From assembly GCF_001194135.2 (NCBI RefSeq), contig NC_068982.1, positions 170,386,482-170,434,380 of the forward strand: DNA of 47,899 nucleotides, in the 5' to 3' direction. Both the position numbers and the translations under genes were made by a program. Of this stretch, positions 1 through 11,683 are shown piece by piece (the stretch's first letter is position 1; every line of letters begins with the position of its first letter). The DNA is from Octopus bimaculoides (taxonomy: Eukaryota). The notes under the pieces are model-generated. The model ran no database searches. It was not told the DNA's origin and saw only the letters and a program-made list of their open reading frames with translations.

Positions 1-34
<34 letters not shown>

Positions 35-43
35 GTTCGTATA

Positions 44-236
44 TCTGTGTTTGTACCCCAACCATCATTTGACAACCGATGTTGGTGTGTTTACGTCCCC
101 GTTACTTAGCGGTTCGGAAAAATAGACCGATACAATAAGTACTAGGCTTACAAAGAATAAGTCCTTGGGTCGATTCGTTCGACTAAAGGAGGTGTTCCAG
201 CATGGCCGCAGTCAAATAGAAGAATGAAAGAATAAT
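44..236 (+). mobile_element. SINE family A, 3' half
   Basis: Follows a (TA)n tract. Contains TGACAACCGATG..CTTAGCGGTTCGG..AAGTACTAGGCTTACAAAGAATAAGTCC..CCAGCATGGCCGCAGTCAAAT and an A-rich tail. Aligns by eye with 32675-32850. Confidence 0.8.
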
Positions 237-239
237 CAA

Positions 240-770
240 CTCCTGCTTTCGTCATAAGTTACAACTGATATTTCTTGGACTAACTCTCTATGAAAGACTT
301 TCTCTTTCAAGCTGTATATCCTTTGTTTTTGTAAGTGATCTGGTCGTCCTATTCATCAGTATTAATCTTCTTTTCACCTATTACTCTATGAAAGATATGT
401 TTTCAATGATTTGCTCTCCTTTGTAACACTCTCCTCTTTTAAAAACAAACTATTTCCCTGCTTACTGCTTTGGTATATAAAACCTTGCTATATTCATTCT
501 AGTATGAAGGCATCCCTTATCTTTGTGGCTATTTCATTCTCGCTGAACAGTTTTTCCTTTGTCCATTCCCCAACACCGCGTTGTAGCAGACCGTGCTTAC
601 AGTCCAAGTGTTAGTGCCACTGCTAGGATTGCCTCAATCCGGCTTGAATTCATGCAGCTTCTTCATTCTTCCAATGAACTCTGATATGATCTTGACCTTC
701 ATCATGAGATTCATCATCTGGTCAAACAGTAAAACACCTTTTCTGTCCACTTTTAAAACACAGGAAACTA
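240..770 (-). mobile_element. Decayed R4/Dong-type non-LTR retrotransposon, post-RT region
   Basis: Minus-strand frames with stops and frameshifts give DQMMNLMMKVKIISEFIGRMKKL, VGEWTKEKL, GCLHTRMNIARFYIPK and ESVTKESKSLKTYL. These resemble the WT-x-EL..H-x-(R/K)-S-x-V-x-RLY-x-PR segment of R4/Dong ORFs (compare 21411-21737). Confidence 0.6.
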
Positions 771-1721
771 AAAGAAGCAGGATAAAATCCAAACCTGCAA
801 AAAGTAGTTAATAGAGAACCGGTCTTTTATGGAAGATGGCAAAAAAGGAATGAAAGGTATTGATTTGGTAGTTTAACCCCAGTTTGATAGTGGTGCAAAA
901 ATAGCAATCGTATCGATCGTTTGCATACTTCTTCCTTTCATTCTTTATTGATGTGTACATTAATGGCATTAGATTGAAGAAAAGGGCTTACCTTACACTA
1001 ATAAAAAATGTGTTAACATGAATTCTAAAACTGTATAAAGTTATCTTCCAATAAGTAATACCTGTTGTGTGAGCAAGTCGGTTATTACAGTCATTTATCG
1101 CCAGCTTGATGAATCGATACAATCAAAATACAAATGTTTCATCCTCGTTTACCTAATTCTTCTTTTCCTTCATTAATCTTGTCAGCACAACAGTCTTTTA
1201 CTATCATTCATGATCATTAAAAATTAAAGTGTTGTTGTTGTGTTAATATTAAACCATAAGTGGAGACCCTGGAGTGAAATGACAACTAATTTAAACTCAA
1301 AATTCTGCTTCGACATCTAGCACTTCGGTGTTTTCCATTCATTACTACCAAAAAAGAAGAAAAAAAACAACCTATGCAATAATTTCTGAGGAGACGAAAT
1401 ACCAGTTGAAAGAATATATGTAATAAGTTTCTATTGACAAAGTTAAGGTATCGTATAACTTATGGCAGAGAAGAATTTTGATGTAGGATATACGGATGTT
1501 AGGAAATCATTAGCTGTGCGAAAGAATTAAAACAGTTGCAGAACAGAATCAAACAAAGCTGCGGTCGCAGCCTTCGGAAAATTTTAACCGTAATTTAGAA
1601 CATCTATACTTGAAGATTTCACATGAATTTACCACTGAGAATTCAAGCGATTACTAAAGTAAGCCAAATATCCAATTAAAAATGTGGATATGTATGTATA
1701 TACATATGTATGTATATACAC

Positions 1722-1756
<35 letters not shown>

Positions 1757-2538
1757 GGTGTGGGTGTGTGTGTGTGTATTTATGTAAGTATGCATGTACA
1801 TGTATGAAGCTATGAATATGATAAAAACAATCAAATAAACATAAAGATGAATATATTATTTTTTTTAAAAAGCGTTTCTTAAATTCAATTATATGAGAGT
1901 AAAAGGAAGCGAAGAAATAGGAAAAATGAATATTTGAAAACACTGGCTTGTTGTGGAGTAATTAATTTTGAATCCTCTAAGAGTAACAGTTTCTGCTGCT
2001 GTTCTTCATCAGGCATCCCTCTTAGACTTGACTGCTTAAAGGCATTTCCTATTGATCTATGATTCAGGTGGAACATGAGACGAACTTTAATAAGCTAACT
2101 CCATATTTTCAAAGTATTAATTTTACTTCGGGTCTGCCGCAGGCGTTGGTCGGAAACTTGGTAGCTAATTAAGTTTTAATACATGTATTTACAGTACACT
2201 TACAGACACATTCAAACATATATTCGGTAACACATATATACATGTCTGCAGGAGCGTATATACACTCGAATACATGTATGCATATATAAATAAATATCTA
2301 ATCTAAATATTTATTAAATGAAATAGCATGAATAACAAATTAACGTGTATGTGTGTGTGTGTGTGTTGAGACTGGATGGGTGCTAGAAGTGCTTATGTGT
2401 ATGCATGTATATTTGTGTTCACGTATGAAAATTCATACACACAGACATACACACACACACAAATATGTATATATATCTATATATATATATATATATCTAT
2501 ATATAATTATATATGTACATATGTAAGTATGTATGCAC

Positions 2539-2588
<50 letters not shown>

Positions 2589-2959
2589 GTGTGTGCGTGT
2601 GTGTGTGTGTGTGTACATGTGTGTATTGTATAATTAGCTTACAGATTATTTTATGTGTTAATTCTTTCTAATGCATTCTGTTACACTTACATTTATTTAT
2701 ATATTCAGTTATTTAATCATTAGCATTAATTTAAATATAGGATGAGAACGGTTTACTGAATTAATAATTCAAATTAATAGATTTTCTTTTGGATCTATTG
2801 CGTTGTAATGCACAAAATTGTAATATTAAAGCTTATATGGTTATACTCTAGCGCTCCGTATTATCAGATCGTATCATTTCTTATGTAATTCAGCAATATG
2901 AATAATGTAAAAAGAAAATGTTTCTATGCTTGTATACATACGTACATACATACATACAT

Positions 2960-3013
<54 letters not shown>

Positions 3014-3039
3014 AATCGTGCGTGTTAAAGAAGAAGGGA

Positions 3040-4435
3040 TCTCATTATGATGCCGTAATTCAAGATAAATTATGTTACCTTTTAACATCTTCTAAATGAT
3101 TTTAGAATCAAAGCTGTCAATTGCTTGCATATTACTGCCTTCTTAGTAATAAGCACACGCAATGATGCATCATTGCCCATATGGATTGTCAGATAACGGA
3201 CTGTTTGAGACACCACGTTTGCAGTAACTCCAGGTCTTTTGTATGCTGAAAGCAGTCTGTATGTCGGGTGATAGCAGAGCTCTTGAAAAGGTTAGCATTG
3301 AACTGCATGTTGTTTGTTAAGTCGTCTTGAATATCGTGTTCAACTTTTCTCTAGTTTGGAGTTGTCATCAGGATTTATGGTTGCCTGCGATACTCGTGAC
3401 TCGGTAGTGTAGCTCGCGAGAGATGCTGTTATTGAGGTCATGTAAGAGAGTCAGCAGAAAAGGTATATCTATCTTAGAGGATTTGCTCTGAATTGATGTT
3501 TCTTCGGAGATAGTAGTATTGACTGCAATTGCTTGACTCCTGCATGTCAAAGAAACCATACAATCACTTTCCTATTTTTCCAACTGCACTGTTGCTATGC
3601 AGTTTGTGTATATGGTTCTGTGATTAATTCTATTGAAGTTCTTACCGATGTCAAAATAGAAGGCAACCACATTTATATCAATGGATTGCTGTTTCAATAT
3701 CCAGTCGTAAAACCCTAATAGCTGCATGAAGTAGTTCCTATACAAGAGCTATGCTGTGTGTCAGTGAATGAGCCATTTATTCTGAGGAATGCACTGAGCT
3801 TCCTTCTGACAATATGTTCCATCTGTTTGCTGATGTGAGAAATCAGAGAAAGAGACTTGTAAGCCCTGGTTGATTCTTTCTGAATCGGACGTATATCTTT
3901 TAACAATGTTAGTATTTTGTCGCATGTAAGAAAGCTCTGGGAAAAGTATTTATAGAGATTTTGCCAGAGCTTTCTTGCATGTCTTTAAAGGAATTGCTGG
4001 GAAAGCATCAGACACTCATGCTGAGTCGAAGTGTATCTCATCAAGTGCGATGTTAGGACATACTCTTTTGCGTCATGTAATCGCTGGTTGCCTCTTACCT
4101 GGGTAGAGATGCGTTGTTCACGAAATTTATCACATTTATTTGCATATTCTTCAGCAGAGAAATAGAATTGTATATTTAGTATTTCACTTATCCGTTTGGT
4201 GTCTGCATTCACACACCATTCTTAATTAGCATAGCCCTTCCTCGTTTTGTCTGCCCTTATCTCTGTGCATCATGTATCTATTAGCATGTGTAATTTGATT
4301 GCATACCTTCTCGTGCTGTAGTCCGTAGCTTCTACCGAACAATTTCTCTCCAGGCCTTGCTGCACAACCTTGTCACATCTAACCATAAGAAGTTTCTATG
4401 ATTTGCTTTTTGCGTCTGTTCATATTAACCCCGAA
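3040..4435 (-). mobile_element. Decayed CR1/L2-group LINE reverse transcriptase fragment
   Basis: Successive minus frames give NADTKRISEILNIQF, SLSLISHISKQMEHIVRRKLSAFL..DTQHS, VVAFYFDIGKNFNRINH and TCRSQAIAVN. These match RT motifs YRPISLxS..ER..QHGF..YLDFxKAFD, with many stops and frameshifts. Confidence 0.8.
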
Positions 4436-4449
4436 AATCATTTTACTGC

Positions 4450-4605
4450 TAATGTTTGAGGTGAGGAGATTAGTTGATAATATGGAAAAGAGTGCTTGAA
4501 AGTTTATTTGATCGATCCAGGAGAGATGAAAAGCAAAGTTGACATTTACGGTACCTCATCTCAGAATTTTGTCAGACGCGCTTACAATTCTGACAAAAGA
4601 ACGTG
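4450..4605 (-). mobile_element. Old, diverged SINE family B copy
   Basis: TTTGATCGATCCAGGAGAGATGAAAAGCAAAGTTGAC resembles TTTATCGACCCCGAAAGGATGAAAGGCAAAGTCGAC of the copies at 36745-37475. Confidence 0.5.
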
Positions 4606-5175
4606 TGTAATACAAACAGAACAATTACAATTAGATTCACTAGTCAGAATCAGATAGACGTTTAAATAGTTACAGCAACAAAGGTAGTATTATCACTAAG
4701 GATATTAAACACGATGATATAGACTATAACCTCAAAATATTGTGATGACATCACTACGAATGTAATAATTATTCTAACACAAACAGAAGGATGAGGAATT
4801 TAGGGAAAAAGGAACAGACGATTATGTGGACAATACTTCGCATTTTATATTTTCGATCCTGAAAGGAAATAAAGCAACGTTGTACGCAGTGAGATTTGAA
4901 CCTAAAGAATAGGAACCTAAAGAATGAAGAAAAAAAAAAGAAAAATGATAATGAGTTTCTCTTGTGGTGAATGGAATTCCTTGTGACGCTATTTTTTTAA
5001 GCTAAAACTCCTTACAGTAAGACAAACTATGCTTACTTATACGTTTTGAATATCCGGGTTTGTAGTTCTTCCTTTGTATCATTCAATATTAGAATACTAT
5101 GTTATTCTAATTGAATTCATGCATTGATTTTGCTGGCTGCTTTTATTAATTTGATGCCCATTTCCTTTCATCCAG

Positions 5176-5359
5176 TCACACAGAACCTCTAAAGATATCA
5201 AAACAATAGTTGCTTCTTTGAGCAGTCGCAAACACAAAATATCTGGAGCAAGCAAGTTGGAATCGATTCGCCAAAACAACTCTAAATTTATAATTTCCAT
5301 GACCTCGATCGATGGAGCATTATGTATAAACTCATTCATACAGATATATGTCATTGAAG
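5176..5359 (+). other. Candidate exon, unassigned
   Basis: Acceptor TTTCCTTTCATCCAG, a stop-free frame SHRTSKDIK...QIYVIE and a weak donor GAAG|GTGTGT. No recognisable protein family. Confidence 0.15.
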
Positions 5360-6374
5360 GTGTGTACGTATATATGATGGCTTGTTTTGTGCGTGTGTCT
5401 GAGTGTATACACAGTACATGCATGTGTGTATGGGTTGTGGTGATTTGCAGTTTGTATCTCTATATAGATATGGACACACAGCAGTATTTCTGGCTAAAAA
5501 TATAGAAAATCACACACACACACACACACTCACACACACACACACACACATAATCATCCGTATGTCCATGTATATATATATGTATATACATGTATATATA
5601 TTTATATGTGTATGAATGTGTGCGCGTATGTAGTATGCATGTATACATATATGTGTATATATATAACTAAATATTAGTATATATACATATATTTTCACGC
5701 TTACACATTTCATGCAAATATGCATATATATAGACATCCATATATACATATACGTATATGCATATATTTACTTGCCCGTATTTATTCAGTAAGTGTATGT
5801 TGTTGGAAGTGCACACATATGCATTCTTCCATATAAACAAATAACTTTATTGATATATAGACAGACGACTTAATATAAGATCTACATATATACGGACCAA
5901 ATGTATCCATATATAGCCTAAGACAAAATTTGCAATTACTATCATCAGTGTGGAGGCTATTCAGATATTTTGCAATAAAACCAATTGACTGTTGTACAGT
6001 AACAAATCTAAAATTATCCGTGTATTTCTGATCACGATCAATTGTATTTATAATATGTACGTGCCGCTCTCAATGTCCAATTTCTAAATAACTAAAGACA
6101 CCTATATAAATAATAAAGAAACGAATGAATAAATTAAGTTATTTTAAGTTTCCATTAAATACTTAAATGACAACGAATCACGGTGGATATAGAATCCCAA
6201 ATAGCTAGTATAATTCTTTATCATCGTTACTGTTTGTTTATTTTTTGTTGTAAACTTGATGTTACAACGTGATGGTAGTATGTAAATTAACTGAAATCTA
6301 AATAAATTCATCTTTGAAAAGTATTTATCTGCGTTGTTTATTATATATAAATTACTTCTGGTAAGTGGGTATTT

Positions 6375-6416
6375 ATACTTACCTGATGAGTTTCAAAGTC
6401 CGATACGTTGTATGGG
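6375..6416 (+). other. Decayed hammerhead-like core (GAAA box reads GATA)
   Basis: CTGATGAG at 6383-6390, then TTTCAAAGTCC, GATA, and a palindromic ACGT. Only a 3-4 bp stem I is possible. Confidence 0.3.
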
Positions 6417-6706
6417 CACTATATATGCATTATACGTTCTTTAGGTCATATAAGATGGACGACGGTATTAATCTCGAAGTTAATTAATCCCACAGCAATT
6501 ATTGGAAGCGAACCAATAAATAAACGGGATTATTTCTGTATTACAAGAGCAAACTTCTTCAATCTAGCTAGTTATGGAGACATAATTTCTTCATTTGGTG
6601 ATTTGTAGAAAGCGCGCGCGCGCGCACATACATACTCACACACACACAAACACACACACATATGTGTGTATATATATATCTATATATATATACACACATA
6701 TATATC

Positions 6707-6750
<44 letters not shown>

Positions 6751-6906
6751 TGTGTGTGTATACTTTACCGTAGTTTTGATATACGTGGTGTATTTTCTGA
6801 TAATATTTCAGATATACATAGTATAATTTCGCGTGACACGACGTTTATTTATTCGGGCAAAATACAACAGATCGATATGTATAATGTAACAATGAATTGC
6901 TTTCAG

Positions 6907-6930
6907 ACATAAGTCATATCTTGATGCACG
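6907..6930 (+). other. Candidate 24-nt micro-exon
   Basis: TTGCTTTCAG|ACATAAGTCATATCTTGATGCACG|GTGAGT: consensus donor and frame-preserving length, but a short pyrimidine tract. Confidence 0.2.
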
Positions 6931-8262
6931 GTGAGTAATTCCAGTCCTTTCCTACAGACCAATCGAAAAGGAAAGGTAGGCTCCTGCAGGCACGATCCGC
7001 CGACGTTGCTTTCTTTTGTCCTCATCTCCACATTACTACTAACTCTGGTTCTCCCATATCCTAGTTTATAATCTAACTGTTATCTGTAAGCATTACTCGA
7101 CAATTTGTACAGCTAGAGCGTCTACCGCGTCTAATCATTCACGTCTTCTTTACACTCTAATTCCTATCCTTATACTTAATGCTCTTTCCTGCAAACCACT
7201 TTATAAGAAATACCTGTCTATCTTTTTCGTTCATGCTTCCACAGACATTGAACTCATGGACACAATTACCTACACTAAGTTCTGGCCTTAGAAATAACTG
7301 ATCAACTTCATTTGATAACACTTTTCTTGTTCTTTTCCTGCTCTCATTTTTTGTCTCCTTCTCGCTGCCTGAACCTCCCTTATCAACTCACACGCCAACT
7401 TCCTACTTCTCAGATGATGTTATTCAGTGTCACATCCGTGTCGTTACGCAAGAAGTATCAACAGTTAACCAATACACTGCACAGTATTACAGCTAATTAC
7501 GTCATTGCAAGTTTCACACAGCGTACGAAACCTTTCAAATCTAGGAATAGGAAACCTTCATCCCGTTCTGTTTTATCTGTGGTCTCAGCTACCAGGGAAA
7601 TATCCTGCAAACTATGATGCAATATTTTTGACAGCTATCAATTTTGTCTCTTCGAGATATTGTAAATATAACAAGAGCTTGCGATAACTTTTAACTGGAA
7701 TACTATTTTGCTGCCGATAACAGGGCGCACTGTTTGCGAAATTTAAGGTACTAGCTGGTAAATTTTACAGAAACTATTACGTGAATAGGAAGATCTACAA
7801 TAAAATAAAAAGTCATATGTATCTCTCTTTTGTACATGAGATGCTTTACAACCACCAACTTCTCAGAATCTCCGGATTACCGATTATACCTCTTGATGTG
7901 AAATGGCCACTAAAAACGATTTACTTTTTATCCAATGAAATACCGATTTCATTACAATCCACAATAACTTGCAATTCAGTGTTAAGAATCTTAAGGGTGA
8001 GAAATGATTTTCTGCCTGTGAATATATAACTGATCCAATTCTCAGGCAAGCTTGAACAAATATATCTCGTAAAGTAGGTCGTTATTGAATTTTTTACAAG
8101 GAAGTTTGACAGTGACTCCGATGTTTAGGCTTGCACGAAACATAGAGAATCAATGAAAGAGCTAACGAAGATGAAAGAACTACTGTGATCACTGTGAAGC
8201 GGAAAAGTAAACATAGACAATAATAGGATAATGTGCATGCTAAATATGTAAGAGTAAAAATC

Positions 8263-8392
8263 AAAGTGAGACATGAAAACAAAATAAGGAAATGACCAGT
8301 ACATAAACATAGTAATTGTCAGCAATTAAAGTGAGACATGAAAACAATATAAGGAAATGACCAGTACATAAAAATAGTTATTGTCAGCAATT
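8263..8392. repeat. 65-bp tandem duplication, 2 units
   Basis: 8263-8327 and 8328-8392 both start AAAGTGAGACATGAAAAC and differ at 3 of 65 positions. Confidence 0.95.
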
Positions 8393-9030
8393 AACTAGAG
8401 ACGCAATTGCTTCAAAACACACACACACACATGCATACATAATGATGTGGAGGATATTTTCATTAGATTACATATATNNNNNNNNNNNNNNNNNNNNNNN
8501 NNNNNNNNNNNNNNNNNNNNNNNNNNNNNNNNNNNNNNNNNNNNNNNNNNNNNNNNNNNNNNNNNNNNNNNNNNNNNNNNNNNNNNNNNNNNNNNNNNNN
8601 NNNNNNNNNNNNNNNNNNNNNNNNNNNNNNNNNNNNNNNNNNNNNNNNNNNNNNNNNNNNNNNNNNNNNNNNNNNNNNNNNNNNNNNNNNNNNNNNNNNN
8701 NNNNNNNNNNNNNNNNNNNNNNNNNNNNNNNNNNNNNNNNNNNNNNNNNNNNNNNNNNNNNNNNNNNNNNNNNNNNNNNNNNNNNNNNNNNNNNNNNNNN
8801 NNNNNNNNNNNNNNNNNNNNNNNNNNNNNNNNNNNNNNNNNNNNNNNNNNNNNNNNNNNNNNNNNNNNNNNNNNNNNNNNNNNNNNNNNNNNNNNNNNNN
8901 NNNNNNNNNNNNNNNNNNNNNNNNNNNNNNNNNNNNNNNNNNNNNNNNNNNNNNNNNNNNNNNNNNNNNNNNNNNNNNNNNNNNNNNNNNNNNNNNNNNN
9001 NNNNNNNNNNNNNNNNNNNNNNNNNNNNNN

Positions 9031-9115
9031 ATATATATACATACATACATACATTCATACATACATACATACATACATACGTATGTATGTATGTATGTAT
9101 GAATGTATGTATGTA

Positions 9116-9166
<51 letters not shown>

Positions 9167-9246
9167 ATACATACATTCATACATACATACATACATACAT
9201 ACATACATACATACATACATACGTCCATACATACATACATATATAT
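9031..9246. repeat. Compound (ATAC)n-(GTAT)n-(TA)n-(ATAC)n microsatellite
   Basis: Read directly from the sequence. It adjoins the gap at 8478-9030. Confidence 0.95.
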
Positions 9247-9441
9247 GTTAAAGTAGTGAGGAAAGGCAAAACAATTAGGCAATGCAGGAGAAGGACATTT
9301 AATTTTCATTTATTTCAGCCTAAAGTTTAGCTACACAACGAATTGTAAAGATGTACTTTTTTTTATATCTTCTACTGATTGCTTGAAGCTCATTAACTTC
9401 CTACACGTTGATCCTTTGATCTTCTCTTTACACACAGACAC

Positions 9442-9489
<48 letters not shown>

Positions 9490-11470
9490 ATGTTAGTGAG
9501 TGTATGTGTGTGCGCTTGTGTAAATGTGTGCTACTTGTGTGCACATGGGTGTGTACGTACGCACCTGTGTGTATTCGTGTAAATGCGTATGATCATGACC
9601 GGTCCCTTTATGTCATGTAACCTGTTGATACGACAATAGTCGGCGATGAATGATTACTCTGCAATATGGCAGTCTAAACCCATATATTGTCTCATTGTAT
9701 TAATAATATTATTTCATATAGATTTAGATATAAACAATGATATAAATAAAGATATGTCCTTATTACTGTGTTAGACCGCCACATGTATTATTACGCAGAG
9801 TGAGTTTTCTTCTGCAGAACTAAAACTATTGGTATGGACTCTGCAGAATGAAATTGGTTCTTTTTCAAAGCACTGGGAAATACAGAACTATAATACCTCA
9901 CAAAGATCAACAAACAATTTAGATATAATCTATGCGTATCTACACTTTTTCTCTATTTTGTCTTGCTTACATGTTAGAACTTTAGTTAATATCTATGCAT
10001 TATTTCATTGTTACATTATATTTATAAAGATAATTCTTTGCCAAATCAAAACAATGCATTCTAAATACATGCCTAGATGTATAAAAAGTTGCTTTATTTA
10101 TGTACTCATATATATATATATATCACTCACGCTGCCACATGCACACATTCTTTGATATATGGAATTATACGCATAAATACACAATAAAATACATATATAC
10201 GAGTGCATGTGTGAGTTATATCCTTGTGTTCGCATGTGTATTGAGCCAATCTGCGTTCCTCTGTTTATGCGTTTATGCATTTCCAACGTTTCTCGCATAT
10301 TTTCCGATGAAAGAAACTTGTTCCATTTATCCTGTTTAAATCGATACTTAATACATTTATTTAACTGCACCAATAATTTCGGTGTTTTGAGATAAAGTAC
10401 TTTAGAATATGTTTATAGATCTGCATGAAGTTCATACCTGTGGTACAACTGAAGTGGATAACACACAAACAAGAATCTGAGCTGTCGAAGACTAGTTTGG
10501 TGTCTTTCGAAAACAAACGTTAACTCAAGGGTTTACATCGTAATTCTGTACTTACCTACAAGTACAATGTGCCCGGCCCTACACCAGAAAGTAAGCATTT
10601 TCGCAGTTGTTCGCCTTCAGCAATATAATAGCCAAATTATTTGTAATCATTCCATGCTACCTTCCTATAAAAGGAAGTCTATTTGGGACAATGTAGTTCT
10701 AGATTACACGGTGACGAGATGTTCATGGATTAGAAAAAAATGGTCATATTTCTACTCAAGCAATGCTAACCTATAGCTAAATATTTACTTTTCTGACTCA
10801 TTTTGACAAGGATTGATTTCAGCAACTATCATCGACTTACATCTTGAATCGAGTAGAATAGTATCCATAACATTAAAGATGATCCATAATTAGCTTACTC
10901 GTATGGAATTTGTGAAATCCCTATGTATGGTTCCTATGTTTTATTCATTCTTTTAATGCACACCTTAACTCTTATTGTAGCAACTAAACGAACACGACTG
11001 CTAACAAACCCAACGCACATACAATATTCGACTACATATGAAGTATGAAGCTTAAATTCAGATTAGCTGTCGCAGAAAATAAATTTCTGGCTCAGAAGTG
11101 AACTGATTAACACTAGGCATAGCCGACAAATATATGTATTGCAAAAAAGCAAATTGTTGACCCTTTCTAGCATGACTTACTCAGGGTTTGCACATTCATC
11201 GTCATCCACTGCAACCTGAAATGAATGAAAGTTTTCAAATGAAATACGTTTCTGTTATTTCTATCTAGTAATTATAATGTAATAGTAATGATTTCTATCT
11301 AGTAATTATAACCTATTGATTCCTGTCGGTTTAGGTAATTGTATGTACCAAACATCGGACTCCTTTAACACTGCATGACCCTTTGGTTCCGAAGTTGTCT
11401 GCCTTTCATTTCTCAACAAGTGTTACCACTAACACTAATGAGATTTCTTTTCCATTAAGGTGAAATAATG

Positions 11471-11683
11471 GTTCCAAATTTTGGCACAAGGGCAGAAATT
11501 TTCGATGAGGCGGGAAGGGAAATACATCGATCCGGGTGCTCAACTGGTACTTAATTTATCGACCCCGAAAGAATGAAAGGCAAATTCTTCTTCAGAAGAA
11601 TTTGACCTCAGAAATTAAAGACGGACTAAACGCCGTTAAGCATCTCACCCGGCGTGCTAACGATTCTGCCAGCTCGCTGCTCT
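11471..11683 (-). mobile_element. SINE family B, near full length
   Basis: The reverse complement reads GCGAGCTGGCAGAATCGTTAGCACGCCGGGTGAGATGCTTAACGGCG..CCTTTCATTCTTTCGGGGTCGATAAATTAAGTACCAGTTG..CCTTGTGCCAAAATTTGGAACCATT. Homologous to the 36745-37905 copies. Confidence 0.9.

Noticed and set aside
1885-2076. 63-aa minus-strand ORF (MFHLNHRSIGNAFKQ...) as a host exon
   Set aside because: It has no convincing donor or family match, and it overlaps a hammerhead-like relic that is reported separately.
3340-3375. Minus-strand CTGATGA...GAAA
   Set aside because: It lies within the CR1-like RT at the decayed YADD region and has no stems, so it is a chance match.
4898-4925. GAACCTAAAGAAT repeated twice
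   Set aside because: A short slippage duplication at the end of a decayed SINE fragment.
8395-9309. Long ORFs spanning N runs (also near 12.3-13.1, 17.0-17.5, 22.1-22.6, 23.6-24.5, 26.3-26.8 and 28.3-28.8 kb)
   Set aside because: They are open only because N codons and TA/CA repeats contain no stops.
10552-10660. Minus-strand exon candidate with AG|GTAAGT donor
   Set aside because: All frames from the nearest acceptor contain stops. An isolated donor consensus is expected by chance.
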